A stretch of DNA of 64,000 nucleotides from NCBI GenBank assembly GCA_049282095.1, contig JBAPTI010000004.1:1770-65769 (forward strand), written 5' to 3'. Position numbers and translations under genes: made by a program. Within the stretch, counting starts at the first letter, position 1. Each line of letters opens with the position of its first letter. Positions 19,272 to 28,962 of the stretch are shown in pieces. The stretch comes from Chthoniobacterales bacterium. Its GTDB lineage: Bacteria; Verrucomicrobiota; Verrucomicrobiia; Chthoniobacterales; UBA6821. Below the pieces are notes generated by a model. It saw only the letters and a list, made by a program, of their open reading frames with translations, had not been told where the DNA came from and did not search any database.

Positions 19272-19601
19272 CTAGTAAGCGAAGAGCACCAGATAGCCGT
19301 TCAGTAAAAAGTAGAGAATGGCGGGTGTGGTCCTGAGGAAACCATCGCGGATTTTGATCCGCACCAGGATCGCAAGCAGCATCATGAGGGCAAGGCCTCC
19401 AGACCCCGCTTTCCCGAGAATCGGGAACCACAAACCCGCGATAAGACCCAGGGAACCGCAGATCTGCAGGAACCCTATCAGCTTGCGCAGGGTCGAGAGT
19501 CCGAATCTCACGAACTCCTTTTGGAGATGGCGGGAAGTGAAACAGCCTGCCCCGTAACCCAAAAACGAAAGGGCCGAGAACACTATGATCGCGTTGTTCA
19601 A
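19272..19601 (-). CDS. DoxX-family membrane protein
   Basis: 109 aa, four hydrophobic helices. Convergent with the previous gene. Confidence 0.5.
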   Translation of the reverse strand: MNNAIIVFSALSFLGYGAGCFTSRHLQKEFVRFGLSTLRKLIGFLQICGSLGLIAGLWFPILGKAGSGGLALMMLLAILVRIKIRDGFLRTTPAILYFLLNGYLVLFAY

Positions 19602-19680
19602 TCAGCCCAACCTAGGGAAAAGAGCCGCATTCACCTAAAACAATCGCTTGGCTTGGCCTCTTTTTTGACTTTCTCAACAT

Positions 19681-21117
19681 TCACTGGTTTCCGAGGTCGA
19701 GTTCCATCTGCGGCTCGGCCGGTTTCACGGCGCTCTTCGGCCCGTTCGATCGCATGACCCGCCAGAGCGATCCCGGTGACACGATGGCGGCCGCATAGCC
19801 GTGGCGGCTTTGCTCTGCCGGCAGATGGATCGCGTCTCCGGAAAGGTCGCGGAGTTCGGGAACCCACCTGCGAATAAATTCCCCCGATGGATCCTTTTCG
19901 AGCGACTGCTTGATCGGATTGTAGATCCGGGGCGGTGAGCCGTAGGTGGTGCCCGACTGCATCTGAAGCTGGCTGTAGTGGATGCCCGGCTCGTAATCGA
20001 GGAAGGTGCGTGCCAGATGCGGGGCGAAGCGCCGCCAGTCGAGATTGAGCGCGTAGGAGGCGAAAGAAACCAGCATCGCGCGCGCCCGGAAGTTGATCCA
20101 TTTCGTCTCGTTGAGAGAGCGCATGCAGGCATCGACGAAGGGGTAGCCCGTCATGCCTGCCGCCCAGCGCTCATAGGCGGTCTGATCCCACCCGTGAAGG
20201 GTCTCCCTGACCGGATTGATGCAGCGGAATTCCATCCACGGCAGCGACTCGAACTTCTGCAGGAAATGATCCCGCCAGCGAAGCCGCCGGTGGAAGCTGT
20301 TGCGGTGCATCATGCTCCCGTGCGGAGGACGCGGTTCCCGGGCCATCGCCGCCTGGGCTGCCCGTTTTGTCGAGAGGCTCCCCCAGGTGAGATGCGGGGA
20401 GAGTCGGGAGCAGGACTCGTGGGCATGGAGAGGGCTTCCCATTTCCACACGGTATCCTGCGTGCAGGAGACAACGCTCGTTCAGGAAACTCTCCAGCAAC
20501 CCGAGAGCCAGCCCCTCGCCCCCGCGCTGACGCGTGACGGTAGCCGGTGTCGAGAGATCGGGGACGTCGAACTGCGGCGGTACAGTGGAAGGGGCCCTCC
20601 AGAAACGGGGTGTCGGGGCCTGCACTTTCGAAATCCACTCTCTCCAGAACGACTGATGCTCCGGCTTATCCGGCGGTCTGTTCCGGCCACGGACCACGGC
20701 GTTCTGAAGAAATTCCCGCACAGGGATGCCTCGTTCCCTGCAAAGCCAAAGCACACGCTGATCCCGCTCATAGGTCCAGCCGTTGCCCGTCTCCTGATGG
20801 CAGAGGAGTTCCGCAACCCCGTAGTGATCGAAGAGGGATTCCAACACGATCTCCGCGGAGGGGGCTTCCGTGATCAGCAGCGGGCAGTTGATTTTTTCAA
20901 GTTTCGTCGCAAGGTCCCGCAGGCATTCCGCCACAAATCCCCATTGATCATCGGAGGCCTTGTCGGTGACCCAGTAGTCCGTCTCGCGGGCATAGAGTGC
21001 GATGGCTTTCTCTCCTGCGGCGCACCGACGCGAAGCCTCGGCCAGCGGGGCATGATCATGCAGGCGCAGATCCCTCTTCAGCCAGACCAGATGAACCTTC
21101 TCCCGAGTGCTCATCAT
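19681..21117 (-). CDS. Cryptochrome/photolyase-family protein (deoxyribodipyrimidine photolyase-like)
   Basis: ATG 21117 (MMSTREKVHLVWLKRDLRLHDHAPL) overlaps the DUF2256 stop (ATGA). FAD-domain motifs TGYPFVDACMRSL and INFRARAML. The upstream 118 codons of the ORF-track entry are rejected. Confidence 0.85.
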   Translation of the reverse strand: MMSTREKVHLVWLKRDLRLHDHAPLAEASRRCAAGEKAIALYARETDYWVTDKASDDQWGFVAECLRDLATKLEKINCPLLITEAPSAEIVLESLFDHYGVAELLCHQETGNGWTYERDQRVLWLCRERGIPVREFLQNAVVRGRNRPPDKPEHQSFWREWISKVQAPTPRFWRAPSTVPPQFDVPDLSTPATVTRQRGGEGLALGLLESFLNERCLLHAGYRVEMGSPLHAHESCSRLSPHLTWGSLSTKRAAQAAMAREPRPPHGSMMHRNSFHRRLRWRDHFLQKFESLPWMEFRCINPVRETLHGWDQTAYERWAAGMTGYPFVDACMRSLNETKWINFRARAMLVSFASYALNLDWRRFAPHLARTFLDYEPGIHYSQLQMQSGTTYGSPPRIYNPIKQSLEKDPSGEFIRRWVPELRDLSGDAIHLPAEQSRHGYAAAIVSPGSLWRVMRSNGPKSAVKPAEPQMELDLGNQ

Positions 21118-21290
21118 CGCTCTCGACGGCTTCGCTTCAACGCACCCTTGCAGGCATCGCTGCAGCAGGTAATGGACTCCCAGTCGCGCTCCCATTTCTT
21201 TCTCCACGCAAAGGGTCGGTTGCAGTGCAGGCAGATCTTCTCCGGAAGATCGGACTTGCGGACCGCTTTTCCCTCGCGACGCATGGGCAT
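21114..21290 (-). CDS. DUF2256 zinc-ribbon protein
   Basis: ATG 21290 (MPMRREG...). Motif CLHCNRPFAWRKKWERDWESITCCSDAC. Confidence 0.7.
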   Translation of the reverse strand: MPMRREGKAVRKSDLPEKICLHCNRPFAWRKKWERDWESITCCSDACKGALKRSRRER

Positions 21291-21304
21291 TGGGCTGGTT
21301 TCTA

Positions 21305-22096
21305 TCAGGTGGACAGCGCGGCCTGCACGCTGTCCCATAGCCGCGCGCGGCTGGCGAGGGAGGCCTTGGCGGATTCGACCGCCTCCTCGAGCCGCTTCGG
21401 ATCATCAACACAGAGGGTCGCGACCAGGCGGAGAGCCGCCGGTCCATGCTCGTCTCCGTCGAGTTCGGCATGGCGCTTCAGATAATAATGGAAGATCGGG
21501 GCGCGATCCTCGCCGATGCCGAGTTTCGCGAGAAGGGAGTTGAACATCCCCGGGATGACATTCTCCCGACCGAAGGAGAAGGAGGCCGCAACCTTGTGGG
21601 CTTTCCCTTCCCGCAGCAGTGCGAAAGTCTCCTTCATGATGGCCCGGGAGGGCTCGGGAACCATCGGGGCCTCGAGTGCCGCATCCAACCCCTGCGTTCG
21701 GACGATTTCGAGAAACCGGGTAATCGGGGCGGTGTCGGCCCCGACTTCGCGCATCGCCATGAGGTAGAGGTCGAAGTGACTCGCATGGGTACTCTCAGAC
21801 CGGTGTGATTTCGGAAGCTTGTCAGACTCCTCGCCGGTCACGATGTCATTGATCAGGCGCACGAGATCGCTGTGCGCGCGAGGCATCCAGGGCCAGGTGG
21901 AGGGGGCCAGTTCGGCCTGCAGGAACTTCAAAAGCGACATGAAGTCCCAGACGGGAAAGACATGGTGCTCCATGAAGGTTCGGAGCTGGGCTTCCGTCTG
22001 AACGGCGCCAAAGACCGGATGGGACTCCACCTCTTCAAGCGAGGGCTTGAGTGTCTCGGCAAGTTGATGTTCCGCTGGCGTGAGGTCTGCCTTCAT
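21305..22096 (-). CDS. DUF3050 (haem-oxygenase-like fold) protein
   Basis: 263 aa. FMEHHVFPVWDFMSLLK motif. First gene of the DUF3050-DUF2256-photolyase operon. Confidence 0.6.
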   Translation of the reverse strand: MKADLTPAEHQLAETLKPSLEEVESHPVFGAVQTEAQLRTFMEHHVFPVWDFMSLLKFLQAELAPSTWPWMPRAHSDLVRLINDIVTGEESDKLPKSHRSESTHASHFDLYLMAMREVGADTAPITRFLEIVRTQGLDAALEAPMVPEPSRAIMKETFALLREGKAHKVAASFSFGRENVIPGMFNSLLAKLGIGEDRAPIFHYYLKRHAELDGDEHGPAALRLVATLCVDDPKRLEEAVESAKASLASRARLWDSVQAALST

Positions 22097-22230
22097 TGGA
22101 AGAGATTACCACGGCCGTCCAGCGGGGGCTTTGTATCGAAAACATTGCCTTGGATCGTCAGGAAGCAGATGCTTTTCGAACTTGCAGCAAGTGCCAAGCG
22201 CCTGTCTCTCAAGGTCATCCTCATATCTCC

Positions 22231-23178
22231 ATGCATATCTCAACGCCCGCTGCCCAAGATAACGCCGGGTCGGTGCAAACCAACCGCCTTCCCTGGAAGT
22301 TGATCCGCGTTGTGGTGATCTTTCTGCCGCCCCTCGGGGTTATTGCGGCCATGATCCTGCTTTGGGGAGGTTGTTTTGGCCCCATGTATTTGGCGCTCTT
22401 CGGCGTGATGTACCTTCTGACCGGTTTTGGAATCACAATCGGGTTTCACCGTCTTTTTACCCACGGAGGATTCAAGACCAACCCGGCCATGGTGTGGATT
22501 TTGGGGATTCTCGGCAGCATGGCGATCGAGGGGAACCTGATCTGGTGGGTGGCCACCCATCGCAGGCATCACCAGCACTCCGACAAGGAACTTGATCCGC
22601 ATTCGCCCAATGCAGGCCGCAAATCCGGTTTTCTCGGAGCCGCAAGGGGGCTTCTCCACGCCCACGTCGGGTGGAGTTTCAGCGACTCCTGCAATCAAAC
22701 AGACCAGAAGCGCTACGCTCCGGATCTGCTGGCCGACAAGAGGATCGTCACCATCGATCGGCTTTTTCCCCTCTGGGTCGTGATCGGATTGCTCATTCCT
22801 GGGGTGATCGCCGGCGTGGTCACCCACACCTGGACCGGCGCATTCTTGGGGTTCCTCTGGGGCGGTCTGGTCCGGGTCTTCATGGTTCACCACATCACCT
22901 GGAGCGTGAACAGCATTTGCCACTTCTGGGGAAGCCGCGACCACGAGACAGGTGACGAGAGCCGTAATAACGCCCTGATGGGGATTCTCGGTCTCGGGGA
23001 GGGATGGCATAACAACCACCACGCCTTCCCGACCAGCGCGCGACACGGACTGGAATGGTGGCAGATCGACCCGAGTTGGCTGGTGATATGCCTCATGGTC
23101 AAGCTCGGCTTGGTCGCTTCGGTCAAAACCGCATCCCTACCCGGATCCAGAGATAACCAGTGCATTCCAAGCGTGTGA
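22231..23178 (+). CDS. Membrane acyl-CoA/acyl-lipid Delta9-type fatty-acid desaturase
   Basis: Three His boxes: HRLFTH, HRRHHQHSD and WHNNHHAFP. ATG 22231 is chosen because the 22096 start would overlap the divergent gene. Confidence 0.8.
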   Translation: MHISTPAAQDNAGSVQTNRLPWKLIRVVVIFLPPLGVIAAMILLWGGCFGPMYLALFGVMYLLTGFGITIGFHRLFTHGGFKTNPAMVWILGILGSMAIEGNLIWWVATHRRHHQHSDKELDPHSPNAGRKSGFLGAARGLLHAHVGWSFSDSCNQTDQKRYAPDLLADKRIVTIDRLFPLWVVIGLLIPGVIAGVVTHTWTGAFLGFLWGGLVRVFMVHHITWSVNSICHFWGSRDHETGDESRNNALMGILGLGEGWHNNHHAFPTSARHGLEWWQIDPSWLVICLMVKLGLVASVKTASLPGSRDNQCIPSV

Positions 23179-23213
23179 TCTGGCACCATACGACGCCTCA
23201 AATCCGTTTCCTG

Positions 23214-25400
23214 ATGACATTTCACCCCCCATACTTCTCATTCAGAAGAGGATGCCTCGGGGTGTTGGTGGCTGCGACCGTGTTTCTCTGGTCGCAGGTG
23301 GTTGCTTTTTCCCAAAACCAACCAGGGCAGGAGGGGGAGGGAGCTCCGAACTCTCAGCAGAGCCACCTCGAACCCTTGCCGGAAGCGGCGATAGACACTG
23401 GCACACTCACCCTCGCCGATCCCTCGGGAGCCATCAGACCCCTTTCGGAACTCACCGGGACATCGGCCACGGTCATCGTGTTCCTTTATGCCACCTGCCC
23501 ACTGTGCCAGAGGGCTGCTCCGGTCTTGGAAAAACTGTGGAAGGAGGAGCAACCACACGGTGTGCGACTTCTCGGAGTTTTCACCGATGGCACTCCGGTT
23601 GCCGACTTGGAAAAATTCAAAAAGACTTACGGCGTCTCCTTCCCTTTGTTTGTGGATAACGGCGGCAAGGTGGCCTCCTCTCTCTCCGCCACCGCGACTC
23701 CGGAGGCTTTCGTTTTGGACCGCCATGGCAAGGTGCGGTACATGGGACGCATCAACGACCTCTACCAGGTCCGAGGCGTGCAAACCCAAGCGCCCGTGAG
23801 GGAGGACCTCCGGGAAGCGCTGAGTGATGTCGTGTCGGGATCGGCGGTGCGGGTTCCCCGCACGCTCCCCGTCGGGTGCGCGATCGTGCGCCAGGATCCG
23901 CTTCCGTCCGCCACTCCGACCACTCCCAAGGAAACCATGATCACGTACCACAAGGATGTGGCTCCGATTTTACGCAACCATTGCATGTCATGCCACAGCG
24001 AGGGAAATGCGGGCCCGTTTCCCCTTGTCAGCTACGATGATGCCGCTGACTGGATGAAGACAGGGCTTCGGGAGATCCAGGCAGGACGGATGCCGCCCGC
24101 CCAAGTGGAGAGCGATCTGGCGATCCGCAATGCAAACACCATCAGCGCTGCGGAAGTGAAGACCCTTGAATCATGGATCAAGTCCGGGAAGCAGGAGGGT
24201 GACACCAACTCGGCTCCTCCGTTAGACCCCTTGCCTGATTTCTCCAAGTTCCAGGAAGATCTCGGCCCCCCGGACATCATTCTCGAGCAAGGGGAGCCAT
24301 TCCACCTCGGCCCGATCGGCAGCGATGTTTACCGCCATCTTGTTTTTACGTTGAACAGCAGCACGGACCTGCGTGTGCGGGTCATCCAATTTCTTCCCTC
24401 CAACCGGACGATCGTGCATCACGCGCTCATCGGATATCTGCCCCATCCGGAGGCGGAACAGGCCCTGCGCAACCACGGCGGCCCCGGCCCGACCTTCACC
24501 GAGGGTGATAAAGGGCCCGGTTTCTGGGCGCGCCATGGCGTGGGATTCCGTATTGCCCCGCCCCGCCCCGACGGCATGCCGCTCCTCAGCTTTCTCAGCG
24601 GCTATGTTCCTGGAACGAGTGCTTGCCCGGCCCCCGAGGATGCCGATTTCATCATTCCCGCCGGGAGCGATCTCATTGCCCAGATGCACTACCATCGCAA
24701 TGGAATCCAGTCGCAGGATTCCACCCGGATCGGGCTCTGGCTGCGCAAAGACGGCAAAATACCTCCCAAGATCGCCAGCTTTCGTTTCCTTCACGGCGAG
24801 ATGGTGGTCATTCCCTCCGGAATCAAGAGCATGAAGGTCAGCGGGGAGTGGACGGTGCCGGAGGATTGCATGATTGCCGGCATCATCCCGCATGCGCACC
24901 TGCTGGCCCAGTCCCTTGATGCGACAGCCATCCTTCCGGACCAAAGCCAATTCACGATCTCAAAGGTCCCGCATTGGCAGTATGAATGGCAGCAGCCCTA
25001 CTTTTTCAAAGAGCCTCGGCTTCTCCCAAAGGGAACCAAGATCAGGTTTTCGGCGATCTACGACAACAGCCCGGCAAATCCGAAGAACCCTTACAGCCCG
25101 CCACAGCCTCTTTTCCTGGGTGAAGAGACCACGGACGAAATGCTGCTTCCGATGCTGGTTCTCACCTCGGAGAAGGTGATTGATCCCAATGGGAACAGCG
25201 GATTCACCCTCTTCGGAGCTTCGTTGATGCGGGCAAATCTTTTGAGGAATTTGTACAATGATCATTTGGATTTCGAGGTGCAAGCCGACGGAACCGTTCT
25301 CCGTGCGGGAGCAACCGTCGAGGGTGGAAGATATTACCGGTTCAAGAAACCCCTCGACCCCGCCCTGCCTCCCTCCGCCTACGAAGATCAACTGCCATGA
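23214..25400 (+). CDS. Secreted fusion: thioredoxin-like (redoxin) domain + CxxCH haem-c motif + PHM/DBH-like copper monooxygenase domains
   Basis: Signal peptide from ATG 23214. CPLC redoxin motif, CMSCH haem-binding motif, then HH (IVHHALIGY), MHYH, HAH and TDEML, arranged like the CuH/CuM ligands of peptidylglycine monooxygenase. Confidence 0.55.
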   Translation: MTFHPPYFSFRRGCLGVLVAATVFLWSQVVAFSQNQPGQEGEGAPNSQQSHLEPLPEAAIDTGTLTLADPSGAIRPLSELTGTSATVIVFLYATCPLCQRAAPVLEKLWKEEQPHGVRLLGVFTDGTPVADLEKFKKTYGVSFPLFVDNGGKVASSLSATATPEAFVLDRHGKVRYMGRINDLYQVRGVQTQAPVREDLREALSDVVSGSAVRVPRTLPVGCAIVRQDPLPSATPTTPKETMITYHKDVAPILRNHCMSCHSEGNAGPFPLVSYDDAADWMKTGLREIQAGRMPPAQVESDLAIRNANTISAAEVKTLESWIKSGKQEGDTNSAPPLDPLPDFSKFQEDLGPPDIILEQGEPFHLGPIGSDVYRHLVFTLNSSTDLRVRVIQFLPSNRTIVHHALIGYLPHPEAEQALRNHGGPGPTFTEGDKGPGFWARHGVGFRIAPPRPDGMPLLSFLSGYVPGTSACPAPEDADFIIPAGSDLIAQMHYHRNGIQSQDSTRIGLWLRKDGKIPPKIASFRFLHGEMVVIPSGIKSMKVSGEWTVPEDCMIAGIIPHAHLLAQSLDATAILPDQSQFTISKVPHWQYEWQQPYFFKEPRLLPKGTKIRFSAIYDNSPANPKNPYSPPQPLFLGEETTDEMLLPMLVLTSEKVIDPNGNSGFTLFGASLMRANLLRNLYNDHLDFEVQADGTVLRAGATVEGGRYYRFKKPLDPALPPSAYEDQLP

Positions 25401-27349
25401 CATCAACCCCTTCCGACGCCCACTCCCCTTCCCTCGCCGGAAACCTCTCCCTCAAGGTGGAGGGACTGGCCGTCTCGGCCGGCGATTCCGGCCCCGAGTT
25501 ACTCAAAGACATCTCGCTCTCCGTGAAGCCCGGGGAGTTTGTCTGCGTTCTCGGGCCTAGCGGTGCGGGAAAGACCACCCTGGTGCGCGCGCTGCTGGGA
25601 CAACTGACACCGAGCAAGGGTGAGATCCGTTTCGGTTCGTTGCGCGTGAGCGGGGACTCGGAGCTTCTCAATGGTCTCATCGGTTATGTGCCTCAAAAGG
25701 AAATCGTTCATGATGCACTGCCGGTCGGTCGGGCTTTGCAGTATGCGGCAAAATTGCGGTTACCCCCTTCGATGGACCGGAGAGAGATCGCGGAGCGCAT
25801 CCGTGCCATCGAGACGGATGTGGGGATCGCCCATCGGCATGACACGCCGGTCGGCAACCTCTCCGGAGGAGAAACGAAGCGGGTCAGTCTCGCCGTGGAA
25901 CTGCTCTCCTTTCCGCGCATCCTGATTGTCGATGAAGCGACCAGCAGTCTGGATCCGGCCAGTGATGCCCGGATCATGCAGCTTCTGGCCATGTATGCCA
26001 AAAAACATTCCATCACGCTCCTCTGCATCACCCATCACCTTGAAAACGCCAAGCTTGCCGACCGCCTGCTCATCCTTGCTTCCGGCCATCTGGTCTGGTC
26101 TGGCGGGGTGAAGGAGGCGCTGGATCACTTCGGCGTCCATCGGCTTTCGGAGATCTACTTGCTGCTCGAGGATCTGCCCGTCGAACAATGGGTCGGCCTG
26201 CACAAGGTTTTTCAATTTCAGGAGAGTGAGACCCTTGATGCCTCCAAGGGCGAGCCTCCAAGCAAAGTGGAACTGCTCCAGCGAGCTCCGCGACCCGCGT
26301 GGTTTCGTCAGTTCAGTGCACTGTTGCAGCGGGGGCTTGAGGTCCTCTTCCGCGACAGACGCTCGCTTGCATTTCTGATCGGCGTTCCCCTGGTGATGGT
26401 GGCGTTTGCCTACTTGGGCTTTGCCAACGAGCACTTTGGCCAGAAGTCGATCCTCTCCAGGCCTCTGGAAGCACGTGAAATCCAGTTGGCCGGACAACTC
26501 TGGGGCCACACCTTAAGAGCCCTCGCTTTGTCCGCGAGTGATGCACACGAAGATATCAGTGTCCCTGCACAAATCCGTGTCTTTTTGGACAAGGAGCCGA
26601 TTTTGCAGGAGCGACTACGCTCCCCGGAAACCGCACTGATCGTGAAGGAGGCTCTCGCCGGCCGTATTCCAGTTGTTCCTGAGAAGAAAATCACCGATCC
26701 GTGGCCGACTTGGAAGTTCCGTTTCACGGTCATGTTCGGCATTCTCATCCTGGGCTTCCTCGCCGGGTTGACAGAGATCGTGAAGGAGCGCCCCATCATG
26801 GAGAGGGAGTTTGCAGGCGGCGTCAGGACCAGTGCCTACATCGCCTCAAAATTCGTTCTTTTGGGAGTGGTGCTGGCCGCCCAGATTGTTCCAAGCGTCT
26901 GCCTGCTGCAGGGAGCATTTCGACTGACCGCGGCAGGATCGCCGTTGGGTGCCCTTGCTCCGTTCCTTTTGGTCAGTTGGTTGGCCTCCATGGTTTGCGC
27001 CGGTTTCGGTCTGACCATCTCAGGGCTTGTGAAGACCCGCGAGCAAGCGCTGCTGACACTTCCCGTTCTCATTCTACCCCAACTACTGCTCGGGGGTATG
27101 CTGATCCGGTTGACGGGTGGGGCGCTGACAACGATTGCCAAACTTTTTGTCCCCGCCTTCTGGGCCTTCCGGGGAACCATCGACTACATCACCTTGAATT
27201 ACCCCTTACCCCTCTACGAAATCGGCGAGCATTACTCGACAAGCCAAGCGATCACCGCTCTCTCCCTCCAATTGGCTGTCATCATGATTGTTGCCTATCT
27301 GGTGCTCGCATTGAGTTTGCATAGGTACTCTTCACGAAAAGGAAAATGA
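25397..27349 (+). CDS. Fused ABC transporter (ATPase + ABC-2-type permease)
   Basis: Walker A GPSGAGKTT, signature LSGGETKR, Walker B ILIVDEAT, and about 6 C-terminal TM helices. ATGA overlap with both neighbours. Confidence 0.8.
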   Translation: MTSTPSDAHSPSLAGNLSLKVEGLAVSAGDSGPELLKDISLSVKPGEFVCVLGPSGAGKTTLVRALLGQLTPSKGEIRFGSLRVSGDSELLNGLIGYVPQKEIVHDALPVGRALQYAAKLRLPPSMDRREIAERIRAIETDVGIAHRHDTPVGNLSGGETKRVSLAVELLSFPRILIVDEATSSLDPASDARIMQLLAMYAKKHSITLLCITHHLENAKLADRLLILASGHLVWSGGVKEALDHFGVHRLSEIYLLLEDLPVEQWVGLHKVFQFQESETLDASKGEPPSKVELLQRAPRPAWFRQFSALLQRGLEVLFRDRRSLAFLIGVPLVMVAFAYLGFANEHFGQKSILSRPLEAREIQLAGQLWGHTLRALALSASDAHEDISVPAQIRVFLDKEPILQERLRSPETALIVKEALAGRIPVVPEKKITDPWPTWKFRFTVMFGILILGFLAGLTEIVKERPIMEREFAGGVRTSAYIASKFVLLGVVLAAQIVPSVCLLQGAFRLTAAGSPLGALAPFLLVSWLASMVCAGFGLTISGLVKTREQALLTLPVLILPQLLLGGMLIRLTGGALTTIAKLFVPAFWAFRGTIDYITLNYPLPLYEIGEHYSTSQAITALSLQLAVIMIVAYLVLALSLHRYSSRKGK

Positions 27350-28068
27350 ACCCCTCCGGTCATGCCGGAACCGGGTTGCCGACGGACACAGGGACGACGA
27401 CCGGCCGCTCCGCGGCATTTTTTGACCTCGATAACACGCTGATCAGCGGCTCCTCTCTTTTTCATCTCGGCTGGGGAGGTTTCAGGAGGGGCATGTTTTC
27501 ACCAGTCGAGGCGGCGCGTTTCACCCTGGCCAATCTTCGTTTCATGCTGACCCGGAAAGAGCTGGCGGGGGCTCCGCAAATCTGGGGAAACTTCGCGGCA
27601 TCCTTCGTCAAGGATGCCGAGGTTGCCGAGATGCTCAGGATTGGGAGGGAAATCATCGACGAGTCGATCAAGCCTGCCATCCGGGGCCTTGTTGTGGAGA
27701 TGGCCCGGCACCATCTCGATAACGGAAAGGAGGTTTGGATCGTGACCGCCTCACCGCAGGAGCTCTCGCAGATGTTGGCGGAGAAACTGGGCTTCACAGG
27801 GGGCATCGGGACCCGTGCCGAAGTGATCGACGGCCGCTACACCGGTCGCATCCCGCAAGGCATTCTGCATGGCCCGGAGAAAGCGAAGGCCATCGTTTCC
27901 ATGGCCGGAGAGCGCGGGATCGACCTCGCCGCTTCCAGCGCCTACAGCGACAGCATCAATGACCTGCCCATGCTCCTTGCTGTGGGATTTCCGAACGCCG
28001 TCACCCCCGACAGGGAACTTGCCAGAAGGGCCCGGCAGGGCAATTGGCCCATTCATAAATCCAGATAG
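27346..28068 (+). CDS. HAD-IB family hydrolase (SerB-like)
   Basis: DxDxT motif (FFDLDNTL), with downstream TASP and SDSINDLPM motifs. Confidence 0.7.
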   Translation: MNPSGHAGTGLPTDTGTTTGRSAAFFDLDNTLISGSSLFHLGWGGFRRGMFSPVEAARFTLANLRFMLTRKELAGAPQIWGNFAASFVKDAEVAEMLRIGREIIDESIKPAIRGLVVEMARHHLDNGKEVWIVTASPQELSQMLAEKLGFTGGIGTRAEVIDGRYTGRIPQGILHGPEKAKAIVSMAGERGIDLAASSAYSDSINDLPMLLAVGFPNAVTPDRELARRARQGNWPIHKSR

Positions 28069-28077
28069 CGCGAGAGG

Positions 28078-28911
28078 CTATGCATCCGACCCAGTGCCGG
28101 CCATGAGTCCGGAGACCACAGAATTCGTTTTCGACGCGAGTTCAAAACGGTCGCCTGGTTTCAGGCCGGTGGTTGGAATGGGTTTCCCGATCAGCACCTC
28201 GAGCTTTGAAGGCCGTACCAGAAAGCCACCCCTTCGCAGCATGCGGTCACTTCCCAGAATTGCCACCGGCAAGACATCCACGCCCGCCGCGATTGCCGAG
28301 GCAAATGATCCCGAGGCAAAGCGCCCGAGTGTCCCGTCCACCGATCGGGTTCCCTCCGGGAAAACCCCCATCCATTCACCGCGTTCCAATGACGCCTTGA
28401 GATCAAGGATTCCCTTGGCGGCGCGTTGATGGGTGGAGCGGTCGAGGAAAATCATGCCCACGGCACGTCCAAACATTCCGATCAGAGGCATGCGTTCCAG
28501 TTCCTTCTTGCCTGCAAAATTAAGCGGAATCGGGAGTGCCCTGTAGAGAATAGGGATGTCCGCGTAAGATCGGTGATTGGAGACGATGAGCGCTGGCCGC
28601 GCACGGGACAGATTTTCCAACCCCGCAACGCGCAAGCTGGAAAAGCCTCCCGCGAGAATGACCCGCGCCCAGACATTTCGAGCCATCCATAGAGCCGGCC
28701 CGGTATTCCCGGAAATCTTCCGGGCTGCAATCGCTAGCGGAATCACGATTCCACAGAGGACTCCGAGGCTGACCGCCTGCAGGATATTCACGGGCAACCA
28801 GAGAAGGAATTTCAGGAAGCCCTCCTTCTGGGGGCAGTGCGTTACCTCCGATACATGGCTGTCGTGACGTGCGTGCATTGATGGCCAAAATGCTGGAAGG
28901 ATAATAGGCAC
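28078..28911 (-). CDS. plsC: 1-acyl-sn-glycerol-3-phosphate acyltransferase family
   Basis: HX4D (NHRSYADIP) and FPEGTRS motifs. N-terminal TM helix. Confidence 0.75.
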   Translation of the reverse strand: MPIILPAFWPSMHARHDSHVSEVTHCPQKEGFLKFLLWLPVNILQAVSLGVLCGIVIPLAIAARKISGNTGPALWMARNVWARVILAGGFSSLRVAGLENLSRARPALIVSNHRSYADIPILYRALPIPLNFAGKKELERMPLIGMFGRAVGMIFLDRSTHQRAAKGILDLKASLERGEWMGVFPEGTRSVDGTLGRFASGSFASAIAAGVDVLPVAILGSDRMLRRGGFLVRPSKLEVLIGKPIPTTGLKPGDRFELASKTNSVVSGLMAGTGSDA

Positions 28912-28962
28912 TGGCCTCTAATGGCATAGGTCTATTTTGGCACCCTTCAGCAATTCATCGTC

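Noticed and set aside
21291-21338. Longer start (21338) for the DUF2256 gene, and 21471 for the photolyase
   Set aside because: Both extensions overlap the preceding genes. The conserved family N-termini (MPMRREG..., MMSTREKVHLVWLKRDL) begin at 21290 and 21117, and the latter forms an ATGA junction.
28912-28962. Looked for a Pho box (direct CTGTCAT-type repeats) upstream of the glycosyltransferase-btaAB operon
   Set aside because: No convincing direct repeat is seen. The consensus for this lineage is unknown, so no call is made.
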